Source: Malacoraja senta (Eukaryota). From it: a DNA stretch of 37,412 nucleotides. Positions 8,687 through 19,797 of this stretch are shown here, one piece after another; within the stretch, counting starts at the first letter, position 1; each line of letters opens with the position of its first letter. The translations under genes and the position numbers were made by a program. The notes beneath the pieces were generated by a model. That model saw only the letters and a list, made by a program, of their open reading frames with translations, was not told the origin of the DNA and made no database searches. Where the stretch lies: positions 1 to 37,412 of the forward strand of contig JAXLNO010000138.1 in NCBI GenBank assembly GCA_038087875.1, in the 5' to 3' direction.

Positions 8687-11600
8687 CTGAAAGACAGAAA
8701 AGGGATTTGAAGTCTTTGGCAACACAAGTAAGAAAAGTAAAATCACAAGAAATAAAAACACACGGTGGAAGCGCAGCGGTGGAGTTGCTGCCTTACAGCA
8801 CTCGCAGTGGCCGGGTTCGATCCCGACCACGGGTTCTTGTCTGTACGGAGTTTACACGTTCTCCCCGTGACCTGCGTGGGTTTTCTCCGAGATCTTCGGT
8901 TTCCTCCAACGCTCCAAAGACGTACAGGTTTGTAGGTTAATTGGCTGGTATGTGTAAATGTTCACTAGTCTGTGTAGGATAGTGTTAAGGGCCTGACCCA
9001 CTGTACGAGGTAATTCAAGAGTTCTCCCGAGTTTCCCCTGATTCGAACTCGGAGAATTACGGTAATAGCCGCTCGTGGGTACTCGGGGCTCTCGTGGACA
9101 TTTTTCAACATGTTGAAAAATCTTCACGAGCTTACCGCGTTTCCCGAGTACCTGCCGTTAGTGTTACGAGCCCCTAAGAGACGTCCCCGAGCTCCGACGT
9201 TCCCACTACGTACATTCTACGTACTTACCACGAGTTTGATTGTTTTTAAAACTCGGGAGAGCTCTTGGGTAAACTCGTATAGTGGGACAGGCCCTTTAGT
9301 GTGTGGGGATCACAGGTCGGTACGGACTCAGTGGGCCTAAAGGGCCTGTTTCCGCACTGTACCTCTAAGCTAAACCAAACCTTTTGTCCTCTCACTCCTA
9401 CTCTGCTGCTCAATAAGAGACCTCATGAGTCTGAAGAAGGGTTTAGGGATACAGCATGGAAACAGGCCCTTCGGCCCATCTGCGATCACCCCGTACACTA
9501 GCACTATCCTACACACCAGGGACAATTTACAATTTACAGAGGCCAATTAACCTACAAACCTGCACGTCTTTGGCGTGTGGGAGAAAACCGTAGCACCCGG
9601 AGAAAACCCACGCAGGTCACAGGGAGAACATGCAAACTCCGCACAGACAGCACCCATTGTCAGAATCGAACCCGTGTCTCTGGCGCTGTGAGGCAGCAAC
9701 TCCACCGCTGCGCCCAAAAATTCTCTGCAGGGTCACGTTGGCCCATGAGTGCCCTCTGCTGGCCATGCCATTGCAGTGCCTCCGACCCAGACCCACAACA
9801 CTATTCACCTAAGGTAGACACAAAGTGCTGGAGTAACTCAGCGGGTCAGGGCAACGTCTCTGGAGGAAAAGGAATGGGTGACGTTTCGGGGCGAGACCCG
9901 TCTTCAGACTGAGAGTCAGGGGAGAGGGAAGCTAGAGGCAGGATTAGGTACAGAACAAATCAGAGCCGGCACCGATGACCGAGGGAAGGAGGAGCCCACA
10001 ATGGTCCGTTGCTGGCTGTGGCAGAGGTGACGAGGCAGGGATACGAAGAGTGAAACTAGAAGGATGACTAGGGTGGGGGAGGGAGGCGGAGGGGACAATA
10101 TTCACCTTCCTGGCTTATCGGGAACAAACTGAGACCCACATAATAGCTTGGAATGCAGATCTGGGATTTACATGCAAAAAGTCATTTCAAAGAAGCACTG
10201 ATAATGGAAATTAGGAACATTATTTTATTAAGATGAGTTGTTTATAATCTGTTTAACCCAAGAGCTTACATCCTGCGGAACCATGATGGGAATAATGGAC
10301 AAGATAGGGAACTTAAGGATGTTAGTGAGGCAATATATAGAATCATCATAGGTACACAAAAATGCTGGAGAAACTCAGCGGGTGCAGCAGCATCTATGGA
10401 GCGAAGGAAATAGGCAACGTTTCGGGCCGAAACCCTTCTTCAGACTGATAGGGGGTGGGGAGAAGAAAGGAAAAAAGGCGGAGGAGGAGCCCGAGGGCTG
10501 GGGGAGGGGAGGAGACAACCAGAGGAGAGGGCTGATGAAGGGGAGGGGACAGCAAGGGCTAGCAGAGTTGGGAGAATTCAATGTTCAAGCCCCCAGGATG
10601 TAGACTGCCCAAGCGGAATATGAGGTGCATTTCCTCCAATTCACGGTGTTGCTCGCTGTGGCCATGGAGGAGACCCAGGACAGAGAGGTCAGATACGGAA
10701 TGGGAGGGGGAGTTGAAGTGCTGAGCCACCGGGAGGTCAGGTTGGTTATTGCGGACCGACCGGAGGTGTTCGGCGAAACGATCGCCAAGCCTCCGCTTGG
10801 TCTCACCGATGTAGATCAGCTGGCATATAGAACCATCATGGTGTTTAGGCGCCACAGCATAGCTGGTTTAGTTTAGTTTAGAGATACAGCGCGGAAACAG
10901 GCCCTTCGGCCCACCGAGTCCACACCGACCGGCGATCCCTGCACACTAACACCATCCTTCACACACTGGGGACAATTTACACTTGTACCAAAGCCAATTA
11001 ACCTGCAAACCTGCGTGTGGGAGGAAACCGGAGCGCCCGGGGAAAACCCACGCAGGTCACGGGGAGAACGTACAGACAGCACCCGTAGTCAGGATCGAAC
11101 CCGGGTCTCTGGCGCTGTGAGGCAGCAACTCTGCCGCTGCGCCACCCGTGGTTTAGTTTAGTTGATTGTCACGTGTACTGAGGTTCAGTGATAAGCTTTT
11201 GTTGCATGTTAGCCAGTCAGCGGAAAAAATATACGTGCTTACAATCAACGCATTTACAGTGTATAGATTCAAGATAAGGGAATAACGTTTAGTGCAAGGT
11301 GAAGCCGGCAATGCCCAATCAAAGATAGTCCGCGGGTCACCAAAGAGGTAGATAGTGGTTTTTGATTCCCCTACATTGGACAAGAGACTACGTGCATATG
11401 TGTGATTAATTCCTCTCATGATTTTATACGAAGAACTGAACAGTGTCCATAAGGTAGACAAAATTGCGGACTCAAAATTGAGAAACACAGCGGGTGAGGC
11501 AGCATCTATGGAGGAAAGAACTGCAGATGCTGGAAAAATCGAAGGTAGACAAAAATGGTGGAGAAACTCAGCAGGTGAGGCAGCATCTATGGATCTACAG

Positions 11601-14600
11601 TTCTTTCTTAAACATAAGGTCATAAGTGATAGAAGTAGAATTAGTCCATTCGGCCCATCAGGTCTACTCCGCCATTCAATCCTGGCTGATCTATCTCTCC
11701 CTCCCAACCCCATTCTCCTGCCTTCTCCCCATAACCCCTGAATCCAGAAGTGGACACTGGTCGGAGGGCAAGGGGGTTGGAGGAGGGGGAGTGGAGATTG
11801 CCTGTTAATAGCCATCAATCTGATATTCTTCGTGAACGTGACCCTGTCACTCACCCCCTCTTTGTCCTGCATGAAATCGACGCAGAACCTGCGTATTGTG
11901 TCCGGCGTGCCGTCTCTGACCGGCATCATCTTCACCGCGTTGGTCACCACGTGAAAGGCGCAGATTGCCGGAAGGTCCTGCTCGGTCACCTTGAAGAAAG
12001 AGGTCACCCGGTGGTTTTGCCTCATGTCCGTGTCGACATGAACGAAGATGACCTGAAGGGAGGGAAGAAACCGGCAGAAGTGGTTAGGACAGGTTTGGAG
12101 GGATGTGGATCAAGCGCAGGCAGGTGGGACTAGTGTCGCTGGGACATTGTTGGCCGGTGTGGGCAAGTTGGGCCGAAGGGCCTGTTTCCACACTGTGTCG
12201 CTCTACGACCCTACCTCTGAGCTGAGCTTTAGATGAGAGGTGGGCGGCACGGTGGCGCAGCGGTAGAGTCGTTGCCTCACAGCGCCAGAGACGCAGGCTG
12301 GATCCCGACCGGCACGGAGTTTGTACATTCTCCCCGTGGGTTTACTCCGAGATCTTCGGTTTCCCCCCACACTCCAAAGGCGTGCAGGTTTGTAGGCTAA
12401 TTGGCTCGGTATAAAAGTAAATTGTCCCTGGTGTGTGTAGGATAGTGCTAGTCGGTGATCGCTGGTCCGCACGGACTCGGTGGGCCGAAGGGCCTGTTTC
12501 CGCGCCGTATCTCTAAACTAAACTGAACTAAGATACAGCGTGGAAACAGGTCCTTCGGCCAACCGAGACCAGCGATCACCTCCACGCTAGTTCCATCAGA
12601 TACACACTAGGGACAATTTTACAGAAGCCAATTAACCTACAAACCTGTGGGAAGGGGCTGCAGACGCTGGTTTATACCAAAGATAGACACAAAATGCTGG
12701 GTCTCTGGCGCTGTGAGGCAGCAACTCTACCGCTGCGCCACCGTGCCGCCCTCTTCCTTTCAACCACAATACATGGCCCATCGATGTTTGACCCATCCAG
12801 CCCCAGAGCCGTCGCCTCTTCCGACCCCCTGCGACATGCGATAGACACAAAATGCTGGAGTAACTCAGTGGGACTTAGAAACATAGAAAATAGGCGCAGG
12901 AGTAGGCCATTCGGCCCTTCGAGCCAGCACCGCCTTTCAATATGACCATGGCTGATCATCCAAAATCAGTACCCCGTTCCTGCTTTTCTCCCATATCCCT
13001 TGATTCCGTTAGCCCCAAGAGCTAAATCTAACTCTCTCTTGAAAACACCCAGTGAATTGGCCTCCACTGCCTTCTGTGGCAGAGAATTCCACAGATTCAC
13101 AACTCTCTGGGTGAAAACGTTTTTCCTCATCTCAGTCCCAAATGGCCTACCCCTTATTCTTAAACTGTGACCCCTGGTTCTGGACTCCCACAACATCGGG
13201 AAACATTTTCCTGCATCTAGCCTGTCCAATCCGTTAAGAATTTTACATGTTTTTTCTATAAGATCCCGTCTCATCCTTCTAAATTCCAGTGAATACAAGC
13301 CCAGTCAACACATTCTTTCACCATATGTCGGTCCCGCCATCCCGGGAATTAACCCGGTGAACCTACACTGCACTCCCTCAATAGCAAGAAAGTTCTTCCT
13401 CAAATTAGGAGACCAAAACTGCACACAATACTCCAGGAATGGTCTCACCAGGGCCCTGTACAACTGCAGTAGGGCCTTCTTGCTCCTAAACTCAAATCCT
13501 CTTGCAATGAAGGCCAACATGCCATTAGCTTTCTTCACTGCCTGCTGTACCTGCATGCTTACTTTCAGCGACTGATGTACAAGCACACCCAGGTCTCGTT
13601 GCGCCTCCCCTTCTCCTAATCTGACACCATTCAGATAATAATCTGCCTTCCTGTTTTTGCCACCAAAGTGGATAACCTCACATTTATCCACATTGTACAC
13701 AATAGCAAGAATGTCCTTCCTCAAATTAGGAGACCGAAGCTGCACACTATACTCCAGGTGTGGTCTCACCTTGCCCCGAAATTCAGGGGCGACACCTTTG
13801 AACATGTCCAGGAGAGGCTGGTAATCCTTTGACGTCTTGCTGATGACGAGAAGGAGGTGGATAGGAATCCCTGACCCAAAGATCTGGCTGGCATTCTGTG
13901 AAGGGGGAAACACAAGAAAGCATTTGTCCCAGAGTCGTTCACTCACGGAAGGGCTCGGACCGAGTATATTGCCCCTCCAATACTAACCACCGATCTGAGT
14001 GCCCTCGGTGGCAAATCTGGCTCTCTGGGCTTATTCCCGGGATGCAGGGCTTGTCATAGAAACATTGAAACATAGAAACATAGAAAATAGGTGCAGGAGG
14101 AGGCCATTCGGCCATTCGGCCCTTCGAGCCAGCACCACCATTCATTGTGATCATGGCTGATCGTCCCCAATCAATAACCCGTGCCTGCCTTCTCCCCCAT
14201 ATCCCTCGATTCCACTAGCCCCTAGAGCTCTATCTACGTAACTCTCTTAAATCCATCCAATGATTTGGCCTCCACTGCCCTCTGTGGCAGGGAATTCCAC
14301 ATGTCCTATCATGAAGGACTAAAGATGGGAACAGGCCCTTCGGCCCAGCATGCCCATGCCAACCCAAATGGGAGAGTCTAGGACTAGGGGTCATAGCTGC
14401 AGAATTAAAGGACCCACTTTTAGGAAGGAAATAAGGAGGAATTTCTTTAGTCAGAGGGTGGTGAATCTGTGGAATTCTTTGCCACGGAAGGCTGTGGAGG
14501 CCAAGTCAATGGATATTTTTAAGGCAGAGATAGATAGATTCTTGATTAGTACGGGTGTCAGGGGTTATGGGGAGAAGGCAGGAGAATGGGGTTAGGAGGG

Positions 14601-17600
14601 AGATATAGATCAGCCATGATTGAATGGCAGAGTAGACTCGATGGGCCGAATGGCCTAGTTCTACTCATGGAAACATAGAAAATAGGTGCAGGAGGAGGCC
14701 ATTTGGCCCTTCGAGCCAGCACCGCCATGGCTGATCGTGGCTCCTATCACTTATGACCATAAGGCGCCCCATCTACACTAGTCCCACCTGCCCGCGTACG
14801 GTACTTTAAACCTTGAACTGCAGGTGCTGGTTTACACCGGAAATGCTGGAGTAACTCAGCGGGTCAGGCAGCATCTCTGGAGAGAAGGAATGGGTGATGT
14901 TTCAGAACTTTCAGTCTGAAGGAGGGTCTCGATCCAAAACGTCGCCAATTCCTTTCTCCAGGGATGCTGCCTGACCTGCTGCTACTCCAGCATTTTGTGT
15001 TTTTCTTCCCTTAAACCTTTCCTATCCATGTACCTGTCCACGTGCCTTTCAAATGTTGTTGCAATCTCTGCATCAACTACCTCTTCTGTGGCTTATTCCA
15101 TGCTGGTGAAAAAGCTGCCCCTCAGATTCCTATTAAAGCTTTCCCCTTCAGCCAATAGACAATAGACAATAGACAATAGGTGCAGGAGTAGGCCATTCGG
15201 CCCTTCGAGCCAGCACCGCCATTCAATGTGATCATGGCTGATCATCCCCAATCAGTACCCCGTTCCTGCCTTCTCCCCGTATCCCCTGACTCCACTATCT
15301 TTAAGAGCCCTATCTAGCTCTCTCTTGAAAGCATCCAGAGAACCTGCCTCCACCTCCCTCTGAGGCAGTGAGTTCCACAGACTCACAACTCTCTGTGAGA
15401 AAAAGTGTTTCCTCGTCTCCTTTCTAAATGGCTTACCCCTTATTCTTAAACTGTGGCCCCTGGTTCTGGACTCCCCCAACATCGGGAACATGTTTCCTGC
15501 CTCTAGCGTGCCCAAACCCTTAATAATCTTATATGTTTCAATAAGATCCCCTCTCATCCTTTGAAACTCCAGAGTGTACAAGCCCAGCTGCTCCATTCTC
15601 TCAGCATATGACAGTCCCGCCATCCCGGGAATTAACCTTGTAAACCTACGCTGCACTCCCTCAATAGCAAGAACGTCCTTCCTCAAATTAGGGGACCAAA
15701 ACTGCACACAATACTCCAGGTGTTGGGCCCCTCTCCTCTGGTTCTCGATTCCCCTACGCTAGGTAAAGACAAAGCACTGTTGAGGCCACATATGAAGGAC
15801 GTTGTTGCGATGGAAAGAATGCAGAGAAGATTTACTGGGGCGGCACGGTGGCGCAGCGGTAGAGTTACTGCCTCACAGCGCTAGTGACCCGGGTTCGATC
15901 CCGGCTACGGGTGCCGCCTGTACGGAGTTTGCACGTTCTCCCTGTGAACAGGTACATTTACTCCGGGTGCTCCGGTTTCCTCCCACACTCAAAAGACGTG
16001 CAGGTTTATTACTCAATTGGCTTCTGTAATATTGTAAATTGTCCCTGGCGTGTAGGATAGTGCTGGTGTACGGGGTGATCGCTGGTCGGCGCGGACTCGG
16101 TGGGCCGAAGGGCCTGTTTCCGGGCTGTATCTCTAGAGTCGAAAGATTCTACTCCGCCATTTGATCATGCCTGATCTATCTCTCCCTCTCAACCCCATTC
16201 TCCTGCCTTCTCCCCACAACCCCTGACACCCGTACTAATCAAGAATCTGTCAATCTCCACCTTAACGATGCCCAATGTCTTGGCCTCCACCGCCGCCTGT
16301 GGCAATGAATCCCACAGATTCACCGCCCTCCGACACCCTCCACCCACCCCTGACTCGACTCGACGGGCCGAATGGCCCAGTTCTGCTCCTGTGTCTTGCG
16401 AACATGACGGATCACTGGCCTCCCCGTGTCTGAGACCCGTCGGCCGCCTAGACTTACCATGTTGTTGTACTCGGTCACCAGGTGAAGTTCATGGATGCGT
16501 AGGAAGCGGACTATCTTGATCACGTTGGGTTCCAGGTGTCCATCCTCCACCAGGTAGTCCACCCGTCCCTCATCGAACTGGGGAACGGGGTTGAGAGGGA
16601 AAGACAGATCAGCCAGGATCGAGTGGCGGAGTGGACCCTTTCGGCTTCGTCCGTGCCCTTGATGTAGCGGCTATTTGTATACCGCGGCAAGGTACGCAAG
16701 CAAAGAAACTTCATTGTGACTTGTCACATGTGACAATAGAGTATGCAGTTCAGACTTTGGACTTTAGAGATGCAGCACGGACACAGGCCCTTCGGCCTGC
16801 CGACTCCGCATCGACATTTACAATTACTATTGATCTGATAGAGATGTATAAAACCATGAGGGGAATAGATCGGGTAAATGCGCAGAATCACTTGCCCAGA
16901 GTAGGGGAATCAAGGACCAGTGGACATAGGTTCAAGGTGAAGGGGACGAGATTTAATAGGAATCCGAGGGGTAACTTTTTCACACAGAGGTTGGAGGGTG
17001 TATGGAACAAGCTGCCAGAGAAGGTAGTTGAGGCTGGGACTATCCCAGCGTTTAAGAACCATTTAGACAGGTACATGGATAGGACAGGTTTGAAGGGATA
17101 TGGGCAGATGGGACTAGTGTAGCTGGGACATGTTGGCCGGTGTGGGCAAGTTGGGCCTGAAGGGCCTGTTTTCACGCTGTATCACTCTATAACCCTATGA
17201 CAGGAATAGAGAGAGGGCCATCGGCGAGGGGTGCAGAGCAAGCTCGGGGAATGTTAAAGACTGGAGGAGCGGAGGGAGGATGCAGCTTGGACCCGATGGG
17301 CAAAGGGAATCAGCCGAGAGGGGAAGCCTGTGCGGTAAAGGAATGAAGCAATGGGGTGGGATGGAGAGGGGTGGGAAAAGCCAACATAGACCTGGAAGCC
17401 AACATAGACGGTGGCGCAGCGGTAGAGTCACTGCCTCACAGCGCCAGAGACCCGGGTTCAATCCTGACTACGGGTGCTGTCTGTACGGAGTTTGCAAGTT
17501 CTCCCCGTGACCTGTGTGGGTTTTCTCGGGATCCTACAGTTTCCTCCCACACTCCAAAGACATGCAGGTTGGCAGTCTAATTGGCTTTGGTATAATTGTA

Positions 17601-19705
17601 AATCATCCCTAGTGTGTGTGGGATAGTGTTAGTGTGCGGGGATCGCTGGCCGGCACGGACGGGGTGGGCCGAAGGGCCTGTTTCTGCGCTGTATCTCTAA
17701 ACTAAAGCTGTCACCTTCAGGCAGAGGCTGTGACCTAATGCCTTGGTCTTACCTTCTTGAAGAGGCTGATGGTGTTCCTGCTGATGTTGAACTTCTTCCA
17801 GACAGATGTGTCGGAGGCTACGGCGAAAGGCAATCTTTTCAACATCTGGACCACGTCGCTGAAGGCGTCGGCCTCCGTGGGCTCCATGTCCTGCGGGCAG
17901 GAGCAACCGTGAGCAAAGTCACAGGAGGAATGAATCCCTGCAGAGCCAGTGACCGAGGAGAACAAGGAGTCTTGTCCAATACCAACCTCACCGCACATCC
18001 AGATTCAGGGACAGTTTCTTCCCTGCTGTTATCAGGAACTGAACCATCCTACCACCAACTAGCGAGCGGTCCTGAGCTACTATCTACCTCACTGGAGACC
18101 CTCGGACTATCTTCATAAGTTCATAAGTGATGGTTCATAAGTTTCTTAATATCTTCTTAACTATCTTCATAAGTTCATAAAGGGCCTGTCCCACTTTCAC
18201 GACCTAATTCGCGACCTCTGACGACCTTAAACGACCTAAAAAATAATCAAGGTCGCGGTAACCTACGACCTCCCACGCGAATTAGGTCGTGAAAGTGGGA
18301 CAGGCCCTTAAGTGATCGTTCACCCAAAGAGTTGTGAATCTGTGGAATTCTCGGCCTCAGAGGGCAGTGGAGGCCAATTCACTGGAGGCTTTCAAGAGAG
18401 AGTTAGATAGAGCTCTTCAAGATGGCAGAGTCAAGGGATATGGGGAGAAGGGAGGAACGGGGTACTGTTGTGGATGATCAGCCATGATCACAGTGGATGG
18501 CGGTGCTGGCTCGAATGGCCTACTCCTGCACCTATTGTCTATTGAAGCAGAATTGGGCCATTTGGCCCATCAAGTCTACTCCGCCATTCAATCTTGGCTG
18601 ATCTATCTTTCCCTCTCAACCCCATTCTCCTGCCTTCCCCCATAACCCCAGACACCCCTGATCGGACATTACTGGACTTTATCTTGCACTAAACGTTATT
18701 CCCTTTATCCTGTATCTGTACACTGTGGACGGCTCCATTGTAATCGTGTGTTGTCTTTCCGCTGACTGGTTAGCACGCAACAAAGGCTTTTCACTGTACC
18801 TCGGTACACACGACAATAAACTCAACGCAACTCGACTAAACATTAAGATGGAAACAAAAAGCTGGAGTCAGGGGAAAGGGAAAGGAGAGCTATAGATGTG
18901 GAGAGATATGGAACAAATGAATGAAAGATATGGAAAAAAGTAACCATGATGAAGGAGGCAAGCATTCCCTCTCTCTCTATCCCTCCACAATCAGTCATAC
19001 CAGCTTCAAAGGCGTCTTGTTGAGTACAAGATACAACTAAGATACATTTATTTGTCAGATGTACCAATTGGTACAGTGAAATGTGTGGTCGCCATACAGC
19101 CACACGGATAATAAAAAGCACAGAACACGATAGTTTTTAACACAGACATCCCCACACAGCGGGATCAAAGTTTCCCACTGTGAGGGAAGGCTCCAAAGTT
19201 CAGTCATCCTCCTCCGTTGTCCTCCCAAGGTCGGACATCACCGGCTAATTCTCTCGTTCACTTTCCCTGGACTCTCAGTCTGAAGAAGGGTCTCGACCCG
19301 GAACGTCACCTATTCCCTTTCTCCAGAGATGCTGCCTGACCCGCTGAGTTACTCCTTCAACTGAGTCTATCTTCCCAACTAAACTCAACTCAAACAGTGC
19401 CACTGAGACCACCCGTGCAAGTGCATTGAAGTATATTTCCATGCTATATGTTGTTTGCACTTTAGACCCTTTGAAGCATAGACACTTGTAACAAAAGGAA
19501 ACTCTTGTAAAGGGCCTGTCCCACTTCCCCCAGTTATTCACGAATTCTCCCGAGTTTTCAAACTCGCAGAATGTTCGTAACGAGTCCGTAGGATGCCTTA
19601 GGACTCCGTGGATATATCGTAGCGGCTCGTTATGCCAGGTTGAAGTTAGAACATAGAAGATAGAAAATACGACTAACACAAAGCCACACAAATGAGTGTG
19701 TGTGT

Positions 19706-19797
<92 letters not shown>

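Noticed and set aside
11153..11854. 290-aa ORF extending exon 6
   Set aside because: PDI similarity ends at a consensus GTGAGT donor, the rest is mostly a mosaic of repeats, and a proper SDEL terminal exon exists at 8654-8686
12876..13769. Autonomous LINE
   Set aside because: All LINE and PLE copies are 5'-truncated fragments; none has the RT catalytic core or a complete endonuclease
15838..15915. tRNA gene-like A/B boxes (also in other SINE heads)
   Set aside because: They continue directly into the V-domain and LINE-like tail, so they are SINE heads rather than tRNA genes
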